The notes under the pieces were generated by a model that saw only the letters and a program-made list of their open reading frames with translations, was not told the DNA's origin and made no database searches. DNA of 62,948 bases from Candidatus Woesearchaeota archaeon (lineage in GTDB: Archaea; Nanobdellota; Nanobdellia; SCGC-AAA011-G17; GW2011-AR18): contig CAYFPK010000004.1 in the NCBI GenBank assembly GCA_964344975.1, positions 1 through 62,948 of the forward strand, given 5' to 3'. The translations under genes were made by a program, and so were the position numbers. Positions 44,488-53,789 of the stretch are shown here, in pieces. Within the stretch, counting starts at the first letter, position 1. Every line of letters starts with the position of its first letter.

Positions 44488-44505
44488 AATGGCAGAAATA
44501 AGAAT

Positions 44506-44802
44506 CTATCGGCTTCCAAGAACAATATCATCAGCAGAAACAGTGGTAGTATGATCAAATTGTTGATTATAAAGATCCCAAAACTCACGCGCTTCTTGAA
44601 CATTTAAACCGCGTGGAAGAGAAGAACTTGAATCAGGAAGACCTACATAGACACCACCTTCAGATTCTTTAATCTTAGCAAAGTTTTGCTCAATCGCTGC
44701 AACAAGACCAGCAACATCATCACCACGTGCAAGCGCATGCCCGCGAGAATTCAGAACATAGCCAGTTTCAGGACCATGATACTCAACATAATTATGCACC
44801 AT
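44506..44802 (-). CDS. hypothetical protein (~98 aa)
   Basis: Start set at the internal Met (MVHNYVEYHG). The upstream 30 codons of the track ORF are F-rich and read through an AT-rich intergenic region. Confidence 0.4.
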   Translation of the reverse strand: MVHNYVEYHGPETGYVLNSRGHALARGDDVAGLVAAIEQNFAKIKESEGGVYVGLPDSSSSLPRGLNVQEAREFWDLYNQQFDHTTTVSADDIVLGSR

Positions 44803-44886
44803 AAAGAGAAAAGAGAAAAAAGAACTAAATAAAGCATTCGAAAACAAAAACCAAAAGTTTATAAAAACAAAAACAAAAGTGCACTT

Positions 44887-45759
44887 ATGCAAAAAGTGAT
44901 TCTACTCACATTGGTACTATTAACACTCACAGCATGTGCAGCAGAAATGCCAGAAGAAGTCAAGGGGGTAGTAGAGGTACAACCAATCGATGAGGTTGTA
45001 GAAGACACCCCGCTAGAACGAATAACCTGTATCGATCATGATAACGACGGATTTTGTACCACACTAGATTGTAACGACAATAACGCCCTCGTTCACCCAG
45101 ACGCAGAAGAAGTCTGTGAAGATGGCATCGACAACAACTGTTCTGGCTTTGACGCAGAGTGTACAGTAGCACAAACCACAGACAACGACCACGACGGGTT
45201 AACTAACGCAGAAGAATATGCACTAGGTACAGATATAGATAACCACGATACAGATAGTGATGGACTAACAGATCTTGAAGAAGTGCAAACCTTCGGCACA
45301 GACCCGCTTAGCTATGACACTGACGGCGACGGATGGGCAGACGGCGGTGAAGCAACAGCACACACAGACCCGCTCAACATATTTGAAACTCCAATTGATG
45401 AAGATAACGACTTTTTATACGACTTATGGGAAAAAAATATGTTCAACAGTTTATCCTATTATCCACATAAAGACGCAGACGAGGACGAGCTCACCAACTT
45501 GCAAGAATTCAACATGGACACTGACCCATTAGATGCAGACTCTGATAACGATAAACTCTGGGACGGCTACGAGGTACACATCACCCGCACCGACCCTAAC
45601 ACAGCAGACACCGACGGTGACGGGTATAGTGACGGACGAGAAAAAACAGACAGAACAGACCCGCTAGACCCAACAAGTGTACCAGAAGTTATCATCGTGC
45701 TCAACAGAAACGCTGACTGGCAACGACCAACACACAGAGTACAAGCAGTTTCGCTGTAA
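44887..45759 (+). CDS. secreted lipoprotein-like protein with thrombospondin type 3-like Ca-binding Asp repeats
   Basis: Signal peptide with LTLTAC lipobox-like site. Repeated DxDxDG-type units (DNDHDGLTNAEE, DTDSDGLTDLEE, DTDGDGWADG, DADEDELTNLQE, DSDNDKLWDG, DTDGDGYSDG). Confidence 0.75.
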   Translation: MQKVILLTLVLLTLTACAAEMPEEVKGVVEVQPIDEVVEDTPLERITCIDHDNDGFCTTLDCNDNNALVHPDAEEVCEDGIDNNCSGFDAECTVAQTTDNDHDGLTNAEEYALGTDIDNHDTDSDGLTDLEEVQTFGTDPLSYDTDGDGWADGGEATAHTDPLNIFETPIDEDNDFLYDLWEKNMFNSLSYYPHKDADEDELTNLQEFNMDTDPLDADSDNDKLWDGYEVHITRTDPNTADTDGDGYSDGREKTDRTDPLDPTSVPEVIIVLNRNADWQRPTHRVQAVSL

Positions 45760-45795
45760 AACAAGATTTTTAAAGCATCCCTAACCCCGAAATAC

Positions 45796-46677
45796 ATGCA
45801 AATCAGAGACCTAAAGTACCAAAATGGCTTATGCACTATAAAAACCAATAAAGGCCAAGCAGCAGCGCGTATAGAGCAGCATGTGGAGCTTGAAAAAAAA
45901 GAATTTGTAAGCCTCAATGATACACAAAGCATTCAAGCAGATAATAAGACAAAAGAAGCGATAATACAAACACTCTTAGCAACAGCAGACTACAGCTTTG
46001 ACAGTTTTGAAAACGTTAAACAAATACCAAGACCAATTACCATTTTTTTTGAAAACAGCCAATGTCAGATCGGAACCACATCGCTAGACGAAAAAAGCAT
46101 CAGCAAAGCGGTCTGGGCAAACGAATACTTGTACAAAAGATGCAAAAAACAATTGAGTAAACAGATCATACAATCTACAGAATCAACAGAACAAGTGTGT
46201 AAAAGAATCTATGAGCAAATCAGCAAAGCAACCGAAGAAATCGGCTCAACAATAAAAATTGCAATAGTCTGCAAGAAACCACAAAAAAAAGAAGAGTTGA
46301 TACGACTCATTAAAAAATACGATATCACCTACATTGAAAATCCGTTTGATAATAATAAAGAGTATCAAGCATGCACTAAAGAAATCCAACACCGCTGCTT
46401 CATTGCACCGACATTTGAACCCAAAGAACGTATTAGCAACGCAGTAGCAACAAAGAAAATAAACATCACAAATATACTAAAAATCCAACAAGAAAAAAGA
46501 TTCATTCAAGCGGTACACACAAAAACAAAAAGAGATGTACATATAGCAACAGCAGCAAAAGTACCATTAATAATTTACAACATAGACAACAAAGAAGTGC
46601 CACAAACAATTCAGCAAATAGAGAAAATAATAAAAAGTTCTAACCAAAATAAACCTAACCCACCCAAAGATATATAA
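45796..46677 (+). CDS. hypothetical protein with weak enolase-like remnants (possible pseudoenzyme)
   Basis: EELIRLIKKYDITYIENPFDNNKEY resembles the enolase ...YPIVSIEDPF.E.D... segment, and NITNILKIQQ resembles N.LLLKVNQ. Most catalytic positions appear substituted. Confidence 0.35.
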   Translation: MQIRDLKYQNGLCTIKTNKGQAAARIEQHVELEKKEFVSLNDTQSIQADNKTKEAIIQTLLATADYSFDSFENVKQIPRPITIFFENSQCQIGTTSLDEKSISKAVWANEYLYKRCKKQLSKQIIQSTESTEQVCKRIYEQISKATEEIGSTIKIAIVCKKPQKKEELIRLIKKYDITYIENPFDNNKEYQACTKEIQHRCFIAPTFEPKERISNAVATKKINITNILKIQQEKRFIQAVHTKTKRDVHIATAAKVPLIIYNIDNKEVPQTIQQIEKIIKSSNQNKPNPPKDI

Positions 46678-46739
46678 AAGCTCTATTTAAAAAGAGTATA
46701 TAATGTTTTTTTTAAGGGAGAGGGAGGTGAAAAAAGTAT

Positions 46740-47417
46740 ATGGCTCTTAGCGCATTAAGTACAAGCGGCAATTTATTGCTAGACCCACTGTACACATTAT
46801 GGTACGGTGTAGCGCAAATGCTACCAGGCATCATCCTTGCAATCTTAATTTTAGTACTAGGATACTGTGTTGCCTATCTACTTGGTTACGTAACTACAGT
46901 CGGTCTTGAAAAAGGTGGACTCAACAGATTCGTAAAAAAATCTGCAGCAACAAAAGGTATGGGACACACAAACTTGCCAAGTCTTATGGGAGAACTGGTA
47001 AAATGGTTCGTTTTCCTAATCTTCTTACAAGTAGCAGCAGAAACGCTCAACTTAGGCGGTCTATCTAATTTAGTAGATTCCTTCGTTCGCTGGTTACCAA
47101 ACGTGCTCTTTGCAGTAATTGTATTCTTTGGTGGTGTCGCTCTTGCACACTTTGTTGAATCAAAAGTACAAGAACACACACGCATGAAAGGTATGCAAGT
47201 GATGGCAAAGTTAACCAAATGGGTGGTATTATTCCTAGCACTCATGGTTGGTTTAAAGCAACTTGGTCTACAAATTGACGTACTAACTGACGCATTCTTA
47301 ATCCTATTAAGTGCAATGGGACTTGGCCTAGCATTAGCTTTAGGTATAGGTCTTGGACTGGGAATGAGAAAAACTGCAGAAACAGTGGTTAACGACGTCT
47401 ACAAAGGCTTCAAGTAA
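46740..47417 (+). CDS. integral membrane protein (225 aa, conserved-TM-helix-repeat type)
   Basis: Five or six TM helices. GGAGG Shine-Dalgarno-like site (gggagagggaggtga) upstream. Confidence 0.6.
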   Translation: MALSALSTSGNLLLDPLYTLWYGVAQMLPGIILAILILVLGYCVAYLLGYVTTVGLEKGGLNRFVKKSAATKGMGHTNLPSLMGELVKWFVFLIFLQVAAETLNLGGLSNLVDSFVRWLPNVLFAVIVFFGGVALAHFVESKVQEHTRMKGMQVMAKLTKWVVLFLALMVGLKQLGLQIDVLTDAFLILLSAMGLGLALALGIGLGLGMRKTAETVVNDVYKGFK

Positions 47418-47419
47418 GC

Positions 47420-47442
47420 TTTTCTTTTTTTTCTTTTTTTTT
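47420..47442 (+). terminator. oligo-T archaeal terminator
   Basis: ttttcttttttttcttttttttt immediately after the stop at 47417. Confidence 0.5.
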
Positions 47443-47479
47443 AAAAATCTTTATTAACTTATCTACGAGTAAAGCCTTT

Positions 47480-47893
47480 ATGCAAATTACCTTTGGTGAG
47501 GAAAAAGTAAGAGCAGCAGCACAAGCTGAAGAAATACCACCATTTCTGGTATATAGAGTCGAAATGTATCTTGAACCAGGGTATGCACAAAGAAAACAAA
47601 AACAAGTCGACCCAACAAGAACAAGAAGAGCATCACAGACAGAATACGCGTTTCACAAATCATGGTATGAATTACAAGACCTCAGAGAAGAAGATGATAT
47701 TGACTGGACAGACGATATACCAGACCTCAAAAGGACACTAGCAATCAAATGGGAGCAAGAACCAGGCCTTGCAGGTAGATGTAACGTATTAAAAGAAGAA
47801 AGAATAGACGCAGAAGACGGCCAAACATTATACCTACACACACCATTCTCACAAGGTGAATTCAGAGAACTAATGAAACCACCAAAATTCTAG
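47480..47893 (+). CDS. hypothetical protein (137 aa)
   Basis: ORF only; acidic/charged. Confidence 0.45.
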   Translation: MQITFGEEKVRAAAQAEEIPPFLVYRVEMYLEPGYAQRKQKQVDPTRTRRASQTEYAFHKSWYELQDLREEDDIDWTDDIPDLKRTLAIKWEQEPGLAGRCNVLKEERIDAEDGQTLYLHTPFSQGEFRELMKPPKF

Positions 47894-47933
47894 ACAATAA
47901 CCTTTAAATAAACAACAAAAATCACCAAAACCA

Positions 47934-48536
47934 ATGGTAGAAGCACAAACCACACTAGTCCCAATTGAGGAATACCTCAAGGTAGGCGTTCATATTGGCA
48001 CAAAATTTAGAACTAAGGCCATGAAAGACTACATTCACAAAGTACGCCCAGACGGCCTAGCAGTATTAGATTTACAAAAAATCGACGAAAAAATCAAAGA
48101 AGCAAGCGACCTGATGGCACAATTCGAACCAAGCGAAATCATTGTCGCCTGCCGTAGAGAAAACGGCTGGAAAGCAGCACGTATGTTTCAAAAAGCAACA
48201 GGCATCCAGACATTTACCGGCAGATATCCACCAGGTATTCTGACCAACACCGAACTTGAAAACTTCAAAGAAGCAAAACTTCTGCTCATAGCAGACCCAT
48301 TCCCGGACAAAAACGCAATTAAAGACGCACAAAGAGTACATACCAAGATCATCGGCTTCTGTGACACCAACAATGAGACCAATCAGGTAGACTTAGTCAT
48401 TCCATGTAACAATAAAGGTAAAAAAAGCTTGGGACTACTTTTCCACACCCTAGCAAAAGAATACCTCAAAAAGAGAGAATTAATCAAATCTGACGAAGAT
48501 TTCCCCTATACATTAGAAGAATTCTTTCCAAACTGA
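47934..48536 (+). CDS. rps2: 30S ribosomal protein S2 (uS2)
   Basis: YLKVGVHIGTKFRTKAMKDYI...RPDGLAVLDLQK ... ADP..D..A..DA....IGFCDTN, the archaeal uS2 pattern. Confidence 0.93.
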   Translation: MVEAQTTLVPIEEYLKVGVHIGTKFRTKAMKDYIHKVRPDGLAVLDLQKIDEKIKEASDLMAQFEPSEIIVACRRENGWKAARMFQKATGIQTFTGRYPPGILTNTELENFKEAKLLLIADPFPDKNAIKDAQRVHTKIIGFCDTNNETNQVDLVIPCNNKGKKSLGLLFHTLAKEYLKKRELIKSDEDFPYTLEEFFPN

Positions 48537-48586
48537 CAAGAACATTTAAATAGATTTTACTTTTCCTATACGTAGGTTAAGGTAAT

Positions 48587-48892
48587 ATGGTATTTAATGA
48601 CAGAATGATGGTTATGCAAGTGCGTCCAAATTATTCTATACAATACCAGTTCAAACCATTCATAAAACCATCCCAAGAAGAGTGCAAAACCAAAAAAGAA
48701 TTCACCAAATTCATTAAAGAGTTAACTAAAAACTGGAAGGATGGCGAATACTTCTTCAGGTCAAACCAAGGCACGTTTGCCTACTTCACCTTGAATGGCA
48801 ACAGAGTAAAATTACACAAAAAATCACAAAGAACAGGCAATGAATACCTCTGCTGGCAATACTTTCAAGAAGAGCCAAAGAAAAAAAAGTAA
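48587..48892 (+). CDS. hypothetical protein (101 aa)
   Basis: ORF only; basic. Confidence 0.4.
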   Translation: MVFNDRMMVMQVRPNYSIQYQFKPFIKPSQEECKTKKEFTKFIKELTKNWKDGEYFFRSNQGTFAYFTLNGNRVKLHKKSQRTGNEYLCWQYFQEEPKKKK

Positions 48893-48932
48893 ACCGATAC
48901 TTTAAAAAAAGAAAACTTCTATAAATGAAGCG

Positions 48933-50414
48933 GTGATACACAAAAACATACTGCTCATAAGCATATTATTGTGCAGTCTTATAGCAACAACAGCAATAAG
49001 TTTCACCAGCCCCGACAATAACAGTTACACAACTGACGTGAGTATAACCTGTACACCAGGCACAAATGTAACAGCTTTATCAGTGTACACGGACGCGTCA
49101 GGATCATTTACAGAACTAGTACAAAATAGCTCAGAGGTAAGTGGCGCATACGAATTTACCAGTGTAAATGTAGATGAAGGAGAACACATCTTCGCTTGTG
49201 TAGAAAACGGCAACATATTTTCAGAAAACAGAACTATCACTAAAGATACAACAAATCCAACATTAAGCGTAGATACCATCAACGCAACGTCAGCAACAGT
49301 TAACGTGAACTACATGGCACAAGATACAAATTTAGATACATGTTTTTACAACGTAAACAATGGCGCAAACAACACAATGACAAACTGCGCAAACACAACA
49401 ATTAGCTTAAACCAAGGTACACAAACACTCAACGTCTTCGCACAGGACAAAGCAACAAATACAGTCAGTCAAAGCCAAGACATAACAGTCACAGCAGACA
49501 CCACAGCACCAACAGTGAGTTCATTAACAGCTAAGCAAGAACGCACAGCAAAAGATGAAGTAACAGTCACGATATTTGCCACAACCAACGAAAATGCAAC
49601 CTGCAAGTATGACAACTTTGATGAAAGCTACAATAGCATGGAAGACAGCTTTGACAACACAGGAGCAACAGAACATAACAGTAGCATCAGGTTTAGCACA
49701 GAAGTAGAACGGACCTACTACGTGCGGTGTAAAGATGTGTTCGCAAACAAGATGGGCACTTCAGAAGAGATAACATTCAACACAACAATAGGCCCTGAAG
49801 CCACATTAGAAAAAAGCAGCTCAAGATACATTTTCACACAAAGCTTTGTAGAACAAGATGAAAAAGTAATCATAGAAATTGAAGATGATGATTTTATCAC
49901 AAAAAAGGTAACCATTGATGTGAACAAACAACTCCAAGATGTAGAGATTAGAATTAAAGAGCTCGACAAAAAACCATCCGCATTACCAAAGCTAGACAAC
50001 GAAGCGGTACGTTTTATTAAATTTAATTTAGAAAACATTGACCAAGACGATATAGACACAGTCAGTGTATTAATTAACACTGAACTCACCAACAATATCT
50101 ACCTGTATGATGATGATATGTGGAAAGAGCAAAACGCACAACAATTCGGCAACAGCTTGCAAGTGGATCTTGACAGCCTCACCTATCTTGCAGTAACCAC
50201 GAATGTACAAAGTATAGCGCAAATTGAAGAGACACAAGAAGAAACGACAAATGTAACTGTTCAAGAAGAGAAAGAAGAAAAAGAACCATTCAAATTAAAC
50301 ATAGATAAAGGTAAATTGATTTGGTGGTTCTCAATTATTGCATTAATTGCCGTACTTGCAGGCTTAGGATACTTCTTCAAACAACACAGAAAAGAATTCT
50401 ACGGCGAAGAGTAA
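48933..50414 (+). CDS. surface protein: signal peptide, Thr/Asn-rich beta-type ectodomain with many N-x-S/T sequons, C-terminal TM anchor
   Basis: GTG start. N-terminal hydrophobic signal. More than 15 N-x-S/T sequons. C-terminal LIWWFSIIALIAVLAGLGYFF followed by KQHRKE. Confidence 0.7.
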   Translation: MIHKNILLISILLCSLIATTAISFTSPDNNSYTTDVSITCTPGTNVTALSVYTDASGSFTELVQNSSEVSGAYEFTSVNVDEGEHIFACVENGNIFSENRTITKDTTNPTLSVDTINATSATVNVNYMAQDTNLDTCFYNVNNGANNTMTNCANTTISLNQGTQTLNVFAQDKATNTVSQSQDITVTADTTAPTVSSLTAKQERTAKDEVTVTIFATTNENATCKYDNFDESYNSMEDSFDNTGATEHNSSIRFSTEVERTYYVRCKDVFANKMGTSEEITFNTTIGPEATLEKSSSRYIFTQSFVEQDEKVIIEIEDDDFITKKVTIDVNKQLQDVEIRIKELDKKPSALPKLDNEAVRFIKFNLENIDQDDIDTVSVLINTELTNNIYLYDDDMWKEQNAQQFGNSLQVDLDSLTYLAVTTNVQSIAQIEETQEETTNVTVQEEKEEKEPFKLNIDKGKLIWWFSIIALIAVLAGLGYFFKQHRKEFYGEE

Positions 50415-50415
50415 T

Positions 50416-50814
50416 TCAGTAATCGACAGTTTTACCACCAAAATCGACATAAAAAAGAACAAAACCATCTTTTTGTGTTCTATGATGTTTAGACCAACAA
50501 AGCGTAGACCCTTTTGGCTCACCAGTTTCCTTATCGACTGCTAAATAGAGGTCTTCCCAATCATTATGATCATGATTCGGTCTATCTACCATTCTTCTAA
50601 AACGCATACCCTTAGAGTCCACAATCGCTTCAAATGCAGGAGATTCCTCTGCAAGATCATCTTCAGAAATACCTTCATCATAAAACTCTAAACGGAATTT
50701 ACCACGATAAGAAGAAACTCGCAAGTTATACGGACCATACTCACCCAGATTTAGATCAGAAATAAAAAAAGAATCAGCTTCAACTATCCTCTCAATAGTT
50801 TCTTTTACCTTCAT
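50416..50814 (-). CDS. hypothetical protein (132 aa)
   Basis: ORF only. Confidence 0.45.
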   Translation of the reverse strand: MKVKETIERIVEADSFFISDLNLGEYGPYNLRVSSYRGKFRLEFYDEGISEDDLAEESPAFEAIVDSKGMRFRRMVDRPNHDHNDWEDLYLAVDKETGEPKGSTLCWSKHHRTQKDGFVLFYVDFGGKTVDY

Positions 50815-50878
50815 GAAACTAAAAAAAATAAAGAGGCTAATAAAGTTAATTATCCTAAAAGCTTAACATGCAAAAAAC

Positions 50879-51394
50879 TCACAACAACAAACTAATTAGG
50901 TGCCCAGCACCGTACGCTGCAACTGACGCAACAACACCAATAACCGTCATCTCAAGCCCACCTTTCAATCGTGAACAATGAATGTAATGCGACTTAACAG
51001 CACCAGCAACAAACAGACCAACAACACTCAACACACAAGTCAAACGAAAGGCAAACAACACATCAGCAACAAAAAGAAAAGGCAAGATAGCTAAAAAAGC
51101 ACCCACAACAAAAAACGCAGACATCATTAAAGCCAAACGCCATGGCGCAACAAACACCATACGTTGTTTATGCGACCTAAAAAACGCTTGCTCAGACTTA
51201 GAAGAATTATACGAACCAAGCCCCATGGAAATGGCACCGGCTACAGCTTCAATTAAAGCAGCAAGTAAAATCAAGTACGCAGAACCTACAGCCGCAGTCA
51301 TGCCAGCAATTAAAGCAAAAGTAGACACTAAACCGTCTTGATACCCAAACACAGCTTCATGCAAATACGGGCCTAACTTTTTCTCATGATCCAT
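50879..51394 (-). CDS. VIT1/CCC1-family (iron/manganese) transporter-like membrane protein, short form
   Basis: VFGYQDGLVSTFALIAGM signature plus TM helices. Confidence 0.7.
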   Translation of the reverse strand: MDHEKKLGPYLHEAVFGYQDGLVSTFALIAGMTAAVGSAYLILLAALIEAVAGAISMGLGSYNSSKSEQAFFRSHKQRMVFVAPWRLALMMSAFFVVGAFLAILPFLFVADVLFAFRLTCVLSVVGLFVAGAVKSHYIHCSRLKGGLEMTVIGVVASVAAYGAGHLISLLL

Positions 51395-51905
51395 GCGCAG
51401 CTAACACCTCAACTAGTTTCTTACCAAACGCTTTAGCCGACTCAGGACCATCTGCAGTAATGATACGTCCATCACAAACAACATCTTCAGGCACATACGC
51501 ACACCCGCCCGCTTGCAAAACAGCAAGAGAATCTTCAGTTTTATACACAGTAGCCTTTTTGCCACGTAATATGCCAGACTTAGCTAAGACTATCGGACCA
51601 AGACAAATAGCAGCAACAAAAAGTTCCTTACGATACGCATCATCAAAAAGTTCTAAAAGCGCTTTCTCAGCAAGTAAAGCAGGCACGCCACTACCACCCA
51701 CCATAACAATTAAACCATAATTATCTAAATGAACTGAAGACAAAGCAAGGTCAGGTGTAACAGAAGCCCCCATCATACCTGTACACGCATCAGCAGATAA
51801 ACTCGCAACAACGCAAGTATGTCCAGCCTCTTCTAAAAGAGCCTTAGGCGCAAACAATTCCTCATCACGAAAATTGACAGGCGCAATAACAAAGAGCACA
51901 TCCAT
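51384..51905 (-). CDS. DJ-1/PfpI-family protein
   Basis: Nucleophile-elbow AAICLGPIVLA, and GGSG...LL in a class I glutamine-amidotransferase-like fold. Confidence 0.85.
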   Translation of the reverse strand: MDVLFVIAPVNFRDEELFAPKALLEEAGHTCVVASLSADACTGMMGASVTPDLALSSVHLDNYGLIVMVGGSGVPALLAEKALLELFDDAYRKELFVAAICLGPIVLAKSGILRGKKATVYKTEDSLAVLQAGGCAYVPEDVVCDGRIITADGPESAKAFGKKLVEVLAAHGS

Positions 51906-51931
51906 ACCACTTTATTTTAGAACTGAGTTTA

Positions 51932-52212
51932 AAAAGGTAACGCAGGCACAGCCACACTTCGACCTAGCCTACCTCAATAGGGGAACCCCACCTGATCCTC
52001 CACCCCGCAACCCTCTAAGCACCAACAGATACACTTAAAGCTGCTGCATTCCTGCCCTGACTTGATTCACGTACATGCCAGCCAAAGAGGACAGGGCTTC
52101 AACGTCACAGATGGGACCTACCGACATAGACAAGCCTCATGCGACCTTCGGCCCCTCTAAAGATCATTCAAGGTAACAACGAAGACCTACCTCGCCAGCC
52201 TAGCCTGCAGGC
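51932..52212 (-). ncRNA. ffs: signal recognition particle RNA (7S/SRP RNA)
   Basis: ORF-free ~280-nt segment that is G-rich on the minus strand. It contains the helix-8 signature GUCAGG-GCA-GGAA-UGC-AGCAGC (GNAR tetraloop closed by GCA/UGC, flanked by the conserved AGCA/CAGG loops). The 5' GCAGGC can pair with the 3' GCCUGC (helix 1). A TATA (TTTTATTAA) lies ~20 nt upstream and a U5 tract at the 3' end. Confidence 0.8.
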
Positions 52213-52303
52213 AAAAACAAGAGTAAAGGGTTAATAAAAGTAACTACAACCAACTTTTTTCAAAAAACACAAAGTAAATAAACTAAAGCTATAAGAAAAA
52301 GAC

Positions 52304-52420
52304 ATGAAAAAAAGTAAAAAAATAGAAGAGCAATTAAGAGAATTCCTCATGTCTTCAGAAGACACAATTTCCATAGACGAAGCAAGAAAAAGAATTGAGA
52401 AAAAATATAATATCACATAG
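52304..52420 (+). CDS. possible small ORF (38 aa, MKKSKKIEEQLREFLMSSEDTISIDEARKRIEKKYNIT)
   Basis: Below the ORF-track threshold. Helical and charged. No supporting signals other than an open frame in an A-rich spacer. Confidence 0.2.
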   Translation: MKKSKKIEEQLREFLMSSEDTISIDEARKRIEKKYNIT

Positions 52421-53315
52421 CTAAAGGAACATTTAATGAATCAGCAACAAGCGCATCACCAACACCATAGCCCAAAGCATACTGTGCTTGCGTAAAATAC
52501 TGCATCAAACCTTTAGCAGATTTAGTTTCAACAACTTTAATATCACTAATACCTAGCTCTTTTTCAATCATATCTAGTGCATCACGTTTAGAGCCTAGTG
52601 CATCAGCCAAACCAAGCTCAACAGCTTCCACACCTAAAAAATACTCCCCGGTAGCCAAAGACCACACATCCTCTTCAGCCATTGCACGATTTACAGCAAC
52701 TGCAGCAACAAAATGCGCATGAATAGCATCCAACTTCGATTCTAAAAAAGCACGCTCAGACGCTTCCAAGTCACGATAAGGATTACCTATATCTTTACGT
52801 TCACCAGCAACTAAACGCTCATAATCAACACCGTACTTGTCAAAAAGATCAGAAAATTGTAAGTAGGAAGATATGACACCAATACTACCAACCACACTCA
52901 TCGGTGCAACAACAACCGTGTCAGCAGCTGAAGCAATCCAATACGCACCAGACGCACCCACATCATGCACCACAGCATACACAGGCACATCAAAGGCAGC
53001 AACAGCATCAGCGATCTCTTGTGAAGCAACAACCGTACCACCAGGGCTATTTATATCCAAAAGTACAGCAGCAACAGCATCATCTTCTGCCGCTTTGTGT
53101 AACGTTTTCACTAAATCTTTTGAAGAGACACCACCTTTTGCAAACGCCGAGGGACTCTGATCATACATGATAACTCCTTCAACAGGAACAACTAAGACAT
53201 GCCCTTCATCCAAAGGCGTATCTTTAAGCAAAGAAGCAGCTCCGTAACTAAGCAGAGCAAGCACAAGCAAAACAAGTAAAGCCAAACAGACAGACTTTAA
53301 ACGGACTCGACCCAT
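52413..53315 (-). CDS. sppA: signal peptide peptidase SppA (S49 family, 36K type)
   Basis: N-terminal TM helix. LLDINSPGGTV and GASGAYWIA (Ser nucleophile region); a later Lys region. Confidence 0.85.
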   Translation of the reverse strand: MGRVRLKSVCLALLVLLVLALLSYGAASLLKDTPLDEGHVLVVPVEGVIMYDQSPSAFAKGGVSSKDLVKTLHKAAEDDAVAAVLLDINSPGGTVVASQEIADAVAAFDVPVYAVVHDVGASGAYWIASAADTVVVAPMSVVGSIGVISSYLQFSDLFDKYGVDYERLVAGERKDIGNPYRDLEASERAFLESKLDAIHAHFVAAVAVNRAMAEEDVWSLATGEYFLGVEAVELGLADALGSKRDALDMIEKELGISDIKVVETKSAKGLMQYFTQAQYALGYGVGDALVADSLNVPLAM

Positions 53316-53734
53316 GTTTGGCTCACCTCCTCAGTGTAACGTTGGCGACCACCACGCAAAAACAACTTCCAAGAGTCAATGAGAAGTAACACAGAAAACG
53401 GTTTAGTGAGATTACGCATAAAGACTTGTTTAAACGTTAACTTTTTCTTTTTACCGCGCACACGTAAACCAAAAAGCATCTTACCTAAAGTTTGAGAGAA
53501 GTAATAATCACAAACAACCCAATAGGCCCACGTTAAAGCAACAACAAACAACAGCACAAAAAAGACCGTCATATTAAATGAAGATAAATCTGAAAACGAA
53601 TCTAGAAACGAGCTAAACGGATACATGACAGCAAAGTTAATCAACAAAATGTCAACAAAGTAGGCCCCTAAGCGAGAAAACAAACTCACCTGTTTTTTAC
53701 TCCGTTTTAAGATATCTCGCAGAGGATCTTTCAT
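53297..53734 (-). CDS. RDD-family membrane protein
   Basis: RLGAYFVDILLI ... TLGKMLFGLRV, the RDD domain pattern with three TM helices. Confidence 0.7.
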   Translation of the reverse strand: MKDPLRDILKRSKKQVSLFSRLGAYFVDILLINFAVMYPFSSFLDSFSDLSSFNMTVFFVLLFVVALTWAYWVVCDYYFSQTLGKMLFGLRVRGKKKKLTFKQVFMRNLTKPFSVLLLIDSWKLFLRGGRQRYTEEVSQTWVESV

Positions 53735-53789
53735 AAAAGAATTATCAAATTAACAATATTTAAACGTTTGTATGAAAAAAAAGAAAAAA

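Noticed and set aside
52231-52416. 61-aa minus-strand ORF between the SRP RNA and sppA
   Set aside because: The translation is an F/L/S-rich product of an A-rich spacer. It overlaps the predicted SRP RNA promoter region and has no start context.
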